From the NCBI GenBank assembly GCA_009602735.1, contig WELA01003517.1, positions 513,950 to 577,949 of the forward strand: a stretch of DNA of 64,000 nt. The letters run 5' to 3'. Of this stretch, positions 49,044 to 63,541 are shown one piece after another. A program made the translations under genes and the position numbers. Source of the DNA: Mesotaenium endlicherianum (lineage: Eukaryota). The notes under the pieces are model-generated. The model worked only from the letters and a program-made list of their open reading frames with translations. It made no database searches and was not told the origin of the DNA. Positions within the stretch are counted from its first letter, which is position 1. Each line of letters starts with the position of its first letter.

Positions 49044-50967
49044 ATGATTCTTAATGCTTTAGGGTCTCCTACTCGAATAGTGGGGCAACTGGTATTGCGC
49101 ACGAATGGTATTTCGAATGCCGAGCATAGATCTTGTCAAGAACGCCGAACTTGTGTAGGACTTTCTAGACGTGGAAAATCCAGTAAAAAAAGTGAGTGCA
49201 TCCGTGCATTTCAATTGCCTTCAGCTATTCTTAAGGACAAGCATTTTATCTCTAGGTGCAGCCCAGCAGCTGCTAATTATAGGTATAATCAATTACGGGC
49301 AACAGAACTCCAGACTGCTGAAACACAGGGTTCAAATTTCGGTCACACTGTGCCACAAGAGAGCTGGACAGCCTTCTCAGATGCTATCAACGGAGAGTGG
49401 GATGGATATGGTGCAGACTTTTCGTCTTCCGGAGAGCCCCAGGAGCTGCCTGAGTCTGTTGTGCCACAAACATTTAGAGACTGGGAGCTCCAAGTGTTTG
49501 ACTGGCAAATGCAAGGACCCACACTAGCTAATATAGAAAACCGCCTATATTCTAAAACTATTAGGCTCCTTCCCACGGTTGGCTGTGAGGCTGATGCTGC
49601 AACTCAGTATAGCATAGAGGAAAAAAATGCTGGCCAGGGAACAAATGCTGGCACGTTGTTGTTCACCGAGGAAGGCTCGTATGTGGTAGCTTGGCCTGGC
49701 CACGGGGCTGTTTCAGAGTCAATAGGGTATAATACAGCAAGTAAAGTTGTTCGTAGAATGGTGGAGACAGATGACAAATTAGGTCTCTGGGAGCTGGAGC
49801 ACTGCCTAGTGGCTGACGAACCTCGAGCAAACGGATGCTCGGATCAGAAAGCAAAGGCAAGAGTGAGAGTGCTGCAGCAATTTGAGGGAGGGATACAGGA
49901 TGGCAAAGTGCCCAAGCTGAAGGGCGTGACAGTTTATAGGGAGAGGTGGGAGGGAGAGTTCCGAAATGGGGAATCCCTAGGAGGATGTGGAGCCAGCAGC
50001 ACTGGATTTGCTGAGAGACCGAGGACTGATAAGGGTGCTGTAGAAGGGAGGTGGCAAGCAGACTCGAGGCTGTACAGTGGCGGTATTGTGAGTACCCCAT
50101 CCTCAATGTGCTAAGTCCATGGAGAGCATGAGCTCCCTGGATGTCAGTCATGCTAATTGCCTGGATGCCAGTCATGCCACTCTGTGTAGACACTCTCCAC
50201 ATGTGAAGAAAAAAGTCTAGGCGTGTGTCCTTGAGGTTCTAGATTGATCTGAGCTTTAGCCAGTTACATAGCTCAATAACTAAACCTCAAACAAAGCGCG
50301 TGCACGAACAATACAGCTCCATATCACTCTACCACAATATTGGCAAGTAATATCACATGCACAACGTAGTAACGAAGTAACTGTAGGTGCATCTTATTCC
50401 AACTGCCTCCTTTGATTTCATTGTCACAATATTCTCCGTGACCCTTACCTACATGCCTTTTCTACATGGGCGCAGTTAACACATGGCCACTTTGGACTCA
50501 AGGGCGCCCTGGTAGCTCTCGCTCCTGCTGAGAGCCAGGTGGTGGACAGGGTAGTGACCGAAGAGACCCTGCTGCTACCCAAGGGTGTTTGGTCAGAAAT
50601 ACGAGTAATTGGTGACAACATGGTCATAACTGCGGGCTGGCTTGTAGACTCTGGCAGAGCTGTGGTTTCCAAGTGCTCATACAGCATGGCGCCTGGAGAA
50701 TTGCAGCTGCAGGTTTGCAACTCCTCCTGCTTTAAGCTACAACTGAGCAGCAACAGCTGAACAGTTGCACTGTTCTAAGATCTCATGGAATAGTCCTCAC
50801 CACGTAACCCTATGTTTGTAGGTGAAATTTTAATTGCATGCTAGCTCTTCCCTGACTGATGTTAGTCAATAAGGAGGGTGGGTTTGAAGCCTGTATACCA
50901 GAGATGTCTTTAAGTGGGCTTTCCGGCATGGTTGCAGGCAGTGGAAATATCACAAGAGAGGCGATAA
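49044..50967 (+). CDS. Conserved uncharacterised plant protein, probably plastid-targeted (3 exons: 49044-50087, 50476-50712, 50938-50967)
   Basis: Long ORF with a Ser/Arg-rich N-terminus. The block GEWDGYGADF...ELPESVVP...VFDWQ...LLPTVGCEADAAT is recalled from an uncharacterised land-plant family. GT-AG junctions are in frame. Confidence 0.8.
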
Positions 50968-51717
50968 TCTCAACATGCTCCTCGGAAGGCCCAGCATGGA
51001 GTTGGGGACCTTGATATTGGATAGTGCATATTGGTCTTGCTTAAGCTAAAACTATGTCTTTTTGCAGTTGCCCACATGACAAAAGGTACCAGTGCTGTCT
51101 CCAACTTGTACGTTAAGGGCTGGAATACATCTGCAAAATTCCTACGTGAATTTCAGGACAGGATCTTGCCAAAAGAAGTCAGGAGGGTGTCTTTTGGGGT
51201 GTTGTTGCTTTCTGATTCACTCGTCCTAAGCACACATCAGGTACACAAAAAGACCGACTATACAGAGATAAAGTTCCCATTTTGATGGTGTGAACTGTGC
51301 ATGCAAATGTTCCTCTCAGGCATCAATTTCTAGTAATTAATATCATCTCAATAGGTTCATCTTTGCTTAAGGCCGACGTTCCTGAAGTAGTCCCAATGAG
51401 GGTCAGTGTCCCTGAATAGTATCAGTTAGGAACTCTCAAGTAATGAATGGTGAGATGTACATTAGACCTTTTAATTTTACAGATTGTGTACTGTGACCTT
51501 GAAATGCTTCTTGTATTGGCTTCCCTGGTGAAGCTCCGAAAGCTATGATATGACGAAGAAAATGAAAGGGCCAGGCTTGAACCTCTAATCACCTAATGGC
51601 CTTGGCACACAGAACATTCCAACTGTTGATCATGATAGTAGAAAAAGAATCTGGTAGCTGCAATGTATACTACTACTAGCTTATACAGGATTGCCTTCTC
51701 AACAGGTTCTGCAACAA

Positions 51718-53356
51718 TCAACTCCTGCTTTGGCGCCAGATGTCAGCCTTGCTTGAAACCTCTTGTAGTTTTGAATGAACCTTATCCCAGTGTGGGGCTG
51801 TTGCCTCCTTCACAGCTTCCAACCAGTTAGTAATGCGCGGGTAAGGCTTCAGGAGTTCACTTCTTTCTTCGTCCCCCAAGACCTGCAGATCAGTAAAATG
51901 CACCTGGACCGTTAAGTACTAACCAGCAGCATGGCTTTAAGAGCAACACTGAACTAGCATTCAACCTTTCTGAGCACCATCTATTCCAGCTCATGTCCTT
52001 GCTTGACATTCAAATATGACGAAACGGAAGCCCTCAAGTTAAGGTCAAGTCGATCTTACAGAAACAAACATGCAGCTCAACAGATGACCACTAAGGAACA
52101 ACCAACATACATGTTTACTAGGGGTACCTATGAAGGAGGAATTATGAGAAACGATGAGTAACTCACTTGTAGTTGACTTATTTCACAGGCCAAGCTGTAG
52201 TCAGCAAGACACATGTGCTTCCCCATCAGGAGGGGACCAGCAATTGGCCTTGTAAGTAGGAAGTCATTGAGAATTCTGAAAGCGTTGAGCATGACTGGCT
52301 TGCTTTGTTCAGCATAAGCAGTGTTGACAGGCAACCCAAAATGTACTGGCCCGATGGTAGTCCCGAAGCAGTATCCAGCTGCTCATGTACATCCCCCCAA
52401 CTTAAGCTCAAAGGTCTGAGCTGGAATCCAGGCCCTCGTCCAGCTCCAGTTACACAAACATTATGATTGCGCAGGACCTCAGCATGAATGCAGGAGGACA
52501 TAAGTTGCGGAAAAAGATTTTGGTAGCATATTGAGCAGACAGCAATAGCTACAGAAGGAGGAGAAGCAACATACAGACTCCACGTCGCAAATTGAGGTGG
52601 TGCCAGTCCAGTAACATGTCAACTTGAGCTCGTTTCTTGGCATCATATGGAAAGAACCTGCGCAATACGAGAACACTTATCAGGTTCTCCCCATATGTAA
52701 CATTCAGGAGAGAACGCAGGAAGTGATGCAACAGACTCCATATAATCCCTACAAATATACGTCTTCCATTTTCTTGAAGCTACTACCGGATACTGAACCA
52801 AAGAGTGAAAATCACATGCTGAAGCATAACATAGTGATTCTCATAGTCGGCCAAAATAGTTTTGAACTTGTTTTTTTGGACTACTTACAGGAACTCATTC
52901 TCAGGCATCCGTGCATTGGTCAGATACCGCAATATGGCATGGCTTTCTGAAAGCTTAAAGCCATTATCGTCAAGAGCAGGCACTTTTCCAAAAGGGTTCT
53001 CGGCTAAAAAATCCGGCTTCCGAGTGTCACCCTTGTTCAACTCCATTGGCTGCACACGGACGGTGTTCAAGACATACATTAAGAAAACAGCAGAACTTTG
53101 ATGACCTATCAGGATTCACATATTGGTGGACAAAATTTCGGAGCAATCAAGTACGAAATTCCTACACCTCTTATAATCAAAGAGTAGAATGAAGTGACGC
53201 TATGGCTTCGCTGATTGAGACAAACAGGGCTTATTTGGAAACTACCTCTAGCTCATATTCAATCTCGTTGTCATCACAAAAGAGCACGACAGCTCTTGCA
53301 GGTTGGGACAGAAGGTCTGTGAAGAGTTTTGGGAGCTTCGGTGCAGGAAGCGACAT
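51718..53356 (-). CDS. GSTT: Glutathione S-transferase, theta class (multi-exon)
   Basis: MSLPAPKLPKLFTDLLSQPARAVVLFC; ENPFGKVPALDDNGFKLSESHAILRYL; KRAQVDMLLDWHHLNLRRG; LADYSLACEISQL; YPRITNWL. Confidence 0.9.
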
Positions 53357-55254
53357 CCTGTACGCGGTAAATCTGTTAAGCAGGAAAGAGCTTTTTAATA
53401 AAATTTCAGCACAACACGTGAAGTCGATGAAGCGCCTTCTACATTCTAGAGCTACACTTGACTGCAGATGTCAAGTTGTGTTTTTTATGGATGCTTAGAA
53501 GTTGAATAGCTCAGGCAACTTAAATCTTTTACATTCAACTTGATTGATCCTACAGCCCGCTCGACCTCCGATCCTCAAGAAAGGGCACGGAGCCGCGTTC
53601 GAATTCACACTCCAAGCAGAACCAGTCGGGCAAGTTGGAATTTGGGAACTGTTCACAGGAAATCTAAAAATGAATTTCAGACCATTTCGGATCATTTTTG
53701 GATGTTGGATACAATACCTGCAAACAGACTGCACACGTTCCACACGCAAACGTTCCATGATACGCTTGTCGTATTAGCAGCCGCTGGCAGGCTCCGGGGG
53801 GTCAGATAAGTTTCAATCTTTGCATGTGAATAACAAGTAGCATCTGATATGATTGACTGGCGGTATGAGGGACTCTTAAGTGCTTGCAGACCGTCAGAAT
53901 CTGGTCAGAATTGGTAGGATATTATAACGGGGTTTGAATTGGTGTGTGAAATAGCACCTGGCAAGGCGCTCTTAATCAATTTCATATGCACTTCGAAGTT
54001 TCATCATCCATGGCCGTAAAGAACGCCCATAGTCATCACAAGCGCATAACTCCCTCCCAGGAAGTTGAAGCGAAAGGCTATTATAGCGCACTCTGTCGAG
54101 AAATTGCGAGAATTGAATAGTAGCCCCTTCGTTTGTCTTCAGGAATTGCAAGAAAATAGATGAAACGGAACATTCCCCGCAAGGAAAACTGAACAAAAGA
54201 CTTTTCGATTCTTATGCGCACTCTTGTAAAAACAGGAACACATTGCCGCGATGATGCATCCATGGTAATCACTACAGGATTTTACGCAAAGGAGGCCCCG
54301 GTCGGAACAAGTCGTGCAAATGTCCAGTGTCGAGTGTATTTTAACCCCGATGTATCCAGCTTTAGAGGATGACGATGGAAAAGTTGTTTCATTCTAGGCT
54401 GGGCAAACATAAAATGCATTATTTCCTTTTGCAAATACTGGACTTGTTCAGTTTATAGCTTGTTAGTAAGCTATCAAAAAATAGAGATAGATACGACCAA
54501 TGAAAGGTTGTTCCTCGATGTCTTCTTTCATTTGGCGGTATCTCCGTGGTTTTGTGATGATTTGTGGTGCAGGCTTCGTGGGCCCCCCCCACCTCGCGTA
54601 GCAACTATAAGCAGTTTCAGCAAAATTATACTCGTCATTATGCTTTATGTCCTGGCAGCCAGGAGTCTACATAAGCCCCTGCCGGAGACTTCAGCAGGAA
54701 AGCAACTCTTGACCTGCGGTGATGTAATCATCCAAAGCAAGTGATTAGAGTTGTGACAGCAACCATTGCCCCCTTGGTCACTTCTTTAGTCTCCCGTACT
54801 TCAGACGGAGGGCAATGGTCTCTTTGTTGTCAATGACAGTAGTGTAGGACATATTGCTCATCTCTCCTTTGACATCCTTCCTTGCTTTGAATAGCCCATC
54901 TTCATAGGTGAACGCCACATCGTCGGCACAGGTTCAGGGCACTTTCAGTATCTCTGTTGTTCAAATCTTCCACTCTATAGTGCTGTAATAAGATCCATAA
55001 ACGTGCACTAATGGCCACGTGACAAATACATTCTACCGATGCAGGAAGGGCTTGAGGGGCACATAATCAGAAACTCATTTTCCTTGAAGGTCCTGTGGGT
55101 TCATAATAACAATGGCGAACCCGGCAATCATAAAAACAAGTCTGATTACCTAAAAATACAAATATATAGCCCGATCATACATGCAGGGCCCTAGCTTTCT
55201 ATCCTTGTGCAATGACTGTTTGTAATCTGCTCTAAATTTTATCTTTAACAAGCT

Positions 55255-55834
55255 CTATCTTAGCCTTGGTGCAGTGGCGGATCTGCAAGGGGGCACGTCA
55301 TTCATGGGAAGCTCATCTGCATACTCCTTCACTGCCGCCAATGCGTTTCCGAGAATCACCTTCTCAATTCGTAGCAGCTTCCTTGCCACGCGGAGCTTCA
55401 AATTTGATGAGGGGTCGTTCAACTGAAATAAGACACAGGGCGATGAGAATGTGATGCTTAGCAATGCTTCCCGCCTGACCACCACATGTGTGCCTTTGGC
55501 ACAAAGATCCAACTCAAGGAGCGTCCATGCACACTGTGATGACGAGTCGCGTCATTTGAGAATCTGCAGCTGACCCCGTTCTGCTACAGGAACAAAGTTC
55601 AGATTACATTCAGCAAGCACGTGGCCTCCTCTGGACAGCATGCAATGAGATTTCCACGCGCGTCAGTCAGTATGGAAGCTTTACCACATCGTCGTCCTCA
55701 GCTATGCTCGTCTTGTAGCCTGACAACCGCTTCTGGAAGTAGTCCATCAGCTGCTCCATGACGGCGCGCTCGTTGCATGGGCTCACCTGCCACCCACGTC
55801 CACCCACATCCACACACACGCACACACCCACGCG

Positions 55835-55883
<49 letters not shown>

Positions 55884-58800
55884 CCACCCATGCACACACA
55901 CAAAAAAAAAGCTGTCAGAAGTTGACACGTGCCCCAGGAGAGCAACACAGGAACGGCAGCACCAAGCAGGCAGGTTGTGCGTGCCCGCCTGGCAACAGGG
56001 GTGAGCTGGGCAACCTGCACTTCTTTCCTCATTGCATTCACCTATGCGCTACTGTGCTGCGGCTGTCAGAACTAGAAGCATGGAGTACTAATAGCTGCAA
56101 AGAGGCAAAAGACAATGATCAAGGGTGGCGATGACGGCATTGCCAAACAGGAGACCAGCAGAGGGAAACCAGCTGCACCCTGACATGCCCACTACAAGTA
56201 CACACGGAGCACAACACCACAACAACGCACTGTGCGTCATCCAGCACCATCTGCGGGCACGTTACAAATAGGTGGCGAGTGGTAAGTGTGCAGCAGTGCT
56301 GCGGGGAGAGCCGGTGGCAGGGGGGGGGGTTGGGACGAGAGGGGTACCCCGCAGACAGGGCCCTGGGCAAAGCACACGGACTCCATCTCCAAAGGGTCGG
56401 TTACGTGCGCCAGCCTCATGTAGGGCAGCATCTCCATCACGGCTTCCTTCTCGTGCCCCTTGTACACCTGGCGCACCAACAAGCGCAGGAGCACCAGCGG
56501 CAAGGGCAAGGCGCAGCACGGCACAGGACAGCACGCGTGCACACAGACTGGAAGAATCAGCGGCTAGCTCCGCCCGAGGAAGGCCCCCAAGTAGATTGAG
56601 GACGACCAGACGTGTGAGGCCTCATTCTAAAGCTGGATTTGTGCCCGGTTAGCTGAAGTACCGGTTTGATCGCACATCACTGGATTATGAGAGCTCCTAG
56701 TAAAGGAGTAACCAAATGTGGACTCTAGCACACACAAGGCAGGCTACCATGTAAGCATGATAAGAGTACACTTCGCCCTAATCATCCCTCCGGTTGCTCC
56801 TCTCCACCCCGAACCCACCCCCTCTGCCCTCCTCCACTTCCCCCCCAACATTTGTGATAGTAATCTCAGTCAATAAGACTTCTTATTGACCATATCCGAG
56901 TTTCTCACCCCCCTCCTCCACAGCAAGCTGATGCTCATGACAGCTAGTAGAGAATGAGCTCCGTGAGTGGGTCAAAGAAAAAGGATGTCTAGATTTAGGG
57001 CAGGATGCTCAATTTGCGAGCTGATGATTGCCACGCAGCTGAGCAGGGAAGAAGAGGCCGCTGGCGGTCCTCCTCCTCCTCCTCATTCACGCCCCTGGCA
57101 GTGGCAGTGGCAGTGGCAGCAAGGCAGGGCGCGGTGGAAAAGATAGAGCTGAGAGTACCTGAAAGCTCTGGATGGTAAGTTTCTCATTCTTCTGCACGAT
57201 GGCCCTCTTCTGCTGGTACAGCGGGTCGTTCGTGTCCAGAGACGCCTGCACTCCCACCCCAAGCGCACCCGCACAAATGAGCGCGGGCGCACCCTCACAC
57301 GCAGCAAGAGCAGCAGCAGCATTGCGCAGTTCGCTATGAGAGCAGTGCAGAGAAAGGTGGAGGGGCGAGCCACGTGACGCCTGCCTGGCCCGGAATCAAC
57401 TGCAGGGGAGTACGAGGAACCCTCTCCTGGTGCTCACATTGACACCGTTCATCCCAGCACCCGCTCTACCCTTCCAGGTGTGCGGGACAGGTGCGACGTG
57501 CGCACTCACAAAGCGCAAGCCACACCAGGCTTGCGATTGTCACACAGGTCCAAGCAAGGACAACGCACGTCTCACACGGGTGGGCTTGCTTCATTTCGGT
57601 GAACATATTAAAGCCCTGGTCAAGGAGAAGGTCGAGGTCAAAGCCCTGATGTTGCCCTTGGTCTTGCTTTTGGTCAACATCATGCCAAAAGTCCTACGCC
57701 TCAGTCATTCTGATATCATACCCTACAATGATTTTTTTAAAGCGCTGCCTAAGTCTGCTCAAAGGGACGCTTGCCGGGCAAATCGGACACTCAAATGTGA
57801 CTCAGAGTAGACAGTCTGCATGCAAGCCCCGCGCTTATACTCTCTTTGATGTTCCCTCTTTGACACTCTCAAGGTAGAAGAAGTATTGCTTCCGCCTGCG
57901 GCGCTGCTAGGCAGGAGACCCCAATCCCCTCCCTCCCTCCAGTACTCCCAACAACCCCCCTTGCTCTGAGCGCATGCAGACAGACGGCTGCATGTTTGCC
58001 AGCTAGCCTGAAGACACCACAGCCCCTCCAGTTCTATGGTGGTGCCTTCCATACTTGCGCAATCACCCTGCCCCCTCCCCTCTCTACAACCCTCCCAAGG
58101 GAAGCAGGGATGTAGCCAAGCCGAAGGGATGTCACCATTTGCAGGTTGTGCTAAGGAGAGAGCGAACTTAGTCGTGGGCTGCCATGATCGCGTGACTGCC
58201 AGGTGTTTGGGCAGGTAATGGTGTAGGGGACCATCCATCTAGACCTTGGCCTAAGGGGGCAAGGGTCTAGGACTATGTCGTGCATGCATGCATCATGCCA
58301 GGTCTCAGGACAGAACAGGCTGCAGTTTGAGGCCCAGAGCACAGACCTCGATGACTAGGCGGTCGTACGGGTTGTTCTCATCCACGAATCCGTAGTTGAG
58401 CAGCAGTCGCGAGTTGGGCTGGGGCCCGCACCTGCCATGACGCGACGTGACGTGACGTGCACACATGCTTAATAGATGAGTGGCAGCCCGCCCGTCGAAA
58501 AGCCCCCAGGTGTCCGACAGACGCGCATCTGCGACGCCCTCGTGGGAGAGTCAACCTTTCCATATCTTCCTTACAAACAGCTGGGTAAGCACATGCTGCG
58601 CACGGTTGTCTGCTGCAACGGCCTCCTCAGAAGGAGGGGCATGCTCGCAGGCCATGCTCAGCCAGCTCTCATTCAGAGGACGGCGGATGCTTCTTTCAAA
58701 AACGAAGAAAGGACAGCAATTCATAGTGGCAGCAATCAGCTCTCCTGGGGTTGTCCATGCGTGCATGGGGCCAGGGCATTGTGCTGGAGGAGTATCAGAA

Positions 58801-59229
58801 GCAGAGACGTTTGGATCCAAGTTTTGCACATGTTCTGCGTGTAGTGCTTCAAAGGATAGCCACCTCCTGTAGTGGCCTTTCACATCTGCGTAATAAGTAC
58901 CGTGACTGCCAGCCATTACCGGCTTACTTAAGGACGGGAGGGGGAGGAAAGGGCAGGCGAGGGCAGCTGACCACACGACCAGTGGCTCCCCGGCCTTCAC
59001 GGGGCGGTCCACCTGCAGCTGGGTGAAGCCGTCGACTACCTTCAGCATGGCCCGGCACGTGCTGTCATATGACAGCAGGGGCGGTCCCAGGGGCACCAGC
59101 GCAAATCGCCTGGCCAAGCTCACTCCCTGCCAGCGCCGTTGCCGCCCAACCCCCCGCCAGCCAAGGAGCCCGCAACAAGAGGTCAGCCCGATAGTCTCAG
59201 TGGTCTGTCTATGCGACTGGTTCATTTGC

Positions 59230-59309
<80 letters not shown>

Positions 59310-59354
59310 NNNNNNNNNNNNNNNNNNNNNNNNNNNNNNNNNNNNNNNNNNNNN

Positions 59355-59394
<40 letters not shown>

Positions 59395-61378
59395 ATTCAT
59401 GGTTACCAAGTGGCTGGCTGCCTACCTGCAAGTGGACCACGCACGCTTGAATGGCCACAAACGCCTGCTTGAAGATCTCAAATGAGAAGGCCTCCGTAGG
59501 AATGTCAAACGGGTATTGCTGCAGTAACGAAGCACCAACAGCGCAGCAGAATGAGCAGGAGCTCCAGAGGAGCACATAGCTTGGTAGCAAGAAATGGCAG
59601 AGACAGACCAGAAAGACAGCACCTGCACCAGCCTCATCAACTCATGCTCCTCCACCAACATACCCAGTACTCACTCTGCTCATGTTGGGGACAGGTTGGT
59701 GATAAAAGGGCCAGAGCTCTTGAGGACAGGATGAAGCCCGACAAGGTCTTAGATGGCGAGTGAGAAGCCAACCAGAGTGCTCCTCCGACAACAAGCAGCA
59801 GATGATAGCAGATTAGGCCTGTCAGGCCTGAGCTTATGCATGTCTTGACCTCCCCAGGTGTGTCCCCCCCTCTCCCGTTTTTTTTTTTTTTTTGGGGGGG
59901 GGAGGCGAACCTTCTGAAGTGGGGGGCCCAGACAGCAACTGTCTTTGAGGGGTGAAGCTTACCTTGAAGAGAGAGCCGGCCATGAACCAGACTGTGTCCA
60001 GCTCGCTGTACTCTCTCTCAATGCCCTCAAGCCTCTCCTGTATGACAGCCTGCTCCATCCAAAGACCACCACCCCATCACGTACACATGGGGACAAATAC
60101 AGGTTGCAGGCAATCTTCTGGTTTCCACCTCTCGCAACCATGCAGAACATGGAGAATCCTGTCAATACTGAGAGAAACGTTGGACCAGTGGACCATGTGA
60201 TGCATCACGTCATCCTGCAGCTGCTCGCTAATTCAGCATGGAGCGACTGGGAGTTGGCTCAATGCATGCAGGCGTTTGGCTCTGGAACACGTGGGGTGGT
60301 CTAACATAGCGTGCTTTTCAAATTGGAGGAAGATTCGTGTCTTTCACATTTTGAATGCACCCACCTTCATGGGGCTACCTTCAAAGTACTCCTCGATCTC
60401 CTCCTTCTTCCACAGCAAAGGTGACTCCACACTGAGCTGCCCCCTGGCCCTCTGCCTGTCGAGCTCCTTGATAAATGGGTACCAGAAAGACTCCTTTCCT
60501 TGCTTCTTCTCATACATGAGGTACAAAGCAAGGCAGGCCAGCTCTGACAGCTTGTTTGTAGTCAGGAGTTCCGCTGCCAAGGGATCAAGAAAGGGGCATG
60601 AGGCTTGCAGTAGCAGGTGGACATTTCACCCAGCTACTGGAGGGTGATGGCTGCTGCCAAAGAGCAATGAGAGGAAGCTGGCCATAGCTGATGGAGTAGA
60701 GGAGTTCGAATGTAGCTATTCTACACGTATGAATAAACTCACCTATGCTCTCGTCGCCCAAAACCCTCTCCAAGGTCACCACTAAGGAGCTGGGAATCCT
60801 CAGAGCTACGTCCCCAGCCTGTACCGTCGAAAGAAGTACAACAAGGGCTTAGCAAGTGAGTTCTACTGAATAGAGCAAAATTAGTCCACTGCCCTCTCAG
60901 GCATGAGTGCAGATTAACCAGACAAATATGCCCATGCATTTCAGACCACAAGGTATCTTACTGACAGATTAAAACAGACCTGAAGGTCCTCGCTTGCCAC
61001 AACATAGTGGACACTCTTCTCGTGCGCACTTGGAGCTGGTCTATCGCGAACTGTAACTTTGCAAGGTGGTAACCCATTACTTTTCATCCATTCTAAGAGC
61101 TCAAAAGATTCGTTCCCCCCTTTCTTTTCCCTGTGATGTCCTTTCTCAGCACCCGTTGCTACACTCCTTACTGAGCTGGCAGAGGGCTCTTTTCGTCTTC
61201 TCAAAGGGACTTGAAAGGGCTGAGACCATGTCAACGAGGAATTCTTCAGTAAGCTGCCAGAGTTAAACGAATTGTACTGGACGCTTTTGTCGGATTTGCA
61301 GACTGTACGATTTCGTCTGTATGCATTAATTTGAGAACAAAAGACAGGAGCGATGCAATGCGAGTGGAGAGTTGTCAT
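55255..61378 (-). CDS. SAFE1: Plastid SET-domain Rubisco-LSMT-family protein, SAFE1/At5g14260-like (multi-exon)
   Basis: Transit-peptide-like exon 1; ELLTTNKLSELACLALYLMYEKKQGKESFWYPFIKELDRQRARGQL; ELDTVWFMAGSLF; QQYPFDIPTEAFSFEIFKQAFVAIQ; LARRFALVPLGPPLL; CGPQPNSRLLLNYGFVDENNPYDR; stop at 55255. Orthology is from recalled sequence, not a search. Confidence 0.85.
55843..55880 (+). repeat. (CA)n microsatellite, intronic
   Basis: Directly visible in the sequence. Confidence 0.9.
59232..59392 (+). repeat. (GA)n microsatellite containing a short assembly gap, intronic
   Basis: Directly visible in the sequence. Confidence 0.95.
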
Positions 61379-61682
61379 AGCCTCACACAACATGACTACT
61401 TCTCCAGCATGTACACCAATGCTGACAACGTTCTTAACGGTAATGAACACCTCTTAACTTTATATGGGATCAGACGGGGCAACGCTGGCCGGGGCAGTGG
61501 CTACTATCAGAGACGATGGGATCTACATGAGCATTTAGCTCAGATCTGTGCAGATGACGAACCTGAGCTTACCACGAGCACTTGAAACGGCAAGCATGAG
61601 AAGGCTCAACATATTTTCTTTCTCAACGTGGCGTCCGACGTGAAAGTACCTGACACTAGCGCGCGACGCCAATGAAGATCAA

Positions 61683-62709
61683 GGGCAAATTACAAAACTG
61701 CTACATCAAACTTGCTTAATTACAAAAGGGCAAATTACCAAACTAGCACTCCAACTTTCGTTTTTTCTACAATCTAGCACTCCAAGTTTTGTTATTTCAA
61801 AACTAGCACTTGCGCATGTAAGGTCATGCCACGTAGGCCTTACATTATCGAATGACGTGCCACACGAATTCGCACGCGACCCTTCCTCACACACCATTTC
61901 TCTCTTTCGTTTCCAAAATCTTCCACCACCACTTTTGTAACTGACCCACCTTCGCGATCCAAACTGCCCAAGGACGCCAAATTTCGGGTGGACACATTGT
62001 CGCTACCTTCATTTTACTCTCCAAAACTCTTTGTAGTGCTTTGTAGGCATTGACCGCTTTGCCGCGCCTCCAAATCGAAGACGACTTTTCGAACTCCATA
62101 GCTGGGTCTAAACCTTGGCGGGTCAACTAGGTACTTCTTATGGTGGTTAAATGTAGGTAAAACGTGGCGGTTAAATGTAGGATGTAAGAAATGTTCCCAT
62201 GGATGCGCAGTTAAAATAGGTGCAACATGCTTACAGATAGGAAAGGATGGCCACAGGCAACCTCAATGGCAATGTGCCATAGTAACTAACCACTTGACTC
62301 AGCCGCTACAATTAGCTACTTGTGATTACGTTCCTACCTGAAATAGCAGAGAATGCGATGAATGTAGTCTCTAAAGAAAATATAGGGTTAGAAAATAAAG
62401 GCGCAAGAAATAGGTCACGAAAATACCTGTGGACCAATTTTTGGGCGTCCTTAGGTAGTTTGGTTCGTGAAGTTGGGCAGTTAGAAAAGTGGTGGTGGTC
62501 GATTTTGGAAACGAACGAGAGAAGTGGTGTGTCAGGTGGGGTCGCGTGCGAATTCGTGTGGCACGTCATTTGATCGTGTAAAAGCTACGTGGACTCACCT
62601 TACATGCGCGAGTGCTAGTTTATGTAATAACGAAACTTGGGAGTGCTATTTGTAGAATAAACGAAAGTTGGAGTGCTAGTATGGTAATTTGGCCATTTGT
62701 AATTTGCCC
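61683..62709. mobile_element. Non-autonomous Mutator-like (MULE) element with ~300-bp TIRs
   Basis: Ends are GGGCAAATTACAAA...TTTGTAATTTGCCC, with long imperfect inverted arms (~61683-61995 and ~62428-62709) and a perfect 9-bp TSD GAAGATCAA (61674-61682, 62710-62718). Confidence 0.9.
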
Positions 62710-63541
62710 GAAGATCAATGCTCGAAGGCTCGCCTTCATTCCGAGGATCATCGTGGACACTAAATATTTGAGATACTGAGCATTCCAATTTTTGTCGAAC
62801 GTTTCATGTCACCATGCATGTATTACGGAGTTTGGAATGGGAAGGGGAGCAGCACGAGGCAACCGCCATATACAATTTGATGTCCGAACATGCATATATA
62901 TGACGCGGGAGAAGCAACGAGTCCGCCCGCGTTCTCTTTCAAATTTCAATTGCAAGCCCATATTGCTTCTTACTAAAATGGAGCAACCACGTGGTGAGCC
63001 TTAAATAATCTTTTTTGAATTTGTTTTGAAGTGTGTACCTGTTACAAAAGATTTGCAGCGCATGCAACTTGGCATGGTTTGTGGCAAAATGATAGAAGAA
63101 TCGGCTCCTGTACAGCATATTTTTGCACCACGGTCATTCATGTGTCGTGTGGAGGGCTCATATGCCCAGAGTTATCTCATACTATATCTAATGTAGACAA
63201 ACGTTGCGCTTCAGATATGAATGAACAGCTCAATCAAGCGTGTGTTTGAGCATAAGACGATGGAGATAGTTGTGAAGATATGTTAAACTAACCGAAAGCT
63301 ATGATCATACAATTCAACTAACGTGTTGTGGGCTGACGCAAGCCTCGGGAAACTTTCAGCTACAGTTGCAATCAGATAAGCTTCCGGCACTTGCCTGGTA
63401 GGAGCTTACTGCCTGGAGCACGCTAATATTTCCAGCACGCCAGATTGACGCCATTTGTTGTGAGAACACACCAGCATAGCAGAGCATAGCTGGTCAGAGG
63501 CGGGAAGGGCTTCAGCAGGCAATCAGGGTGGAGAGGGCCCT

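Noticed and set aside
57430..58240. ORFs inside a SAFE1-like intron
   Set aside because: No domain signal; probably chance ORFs.
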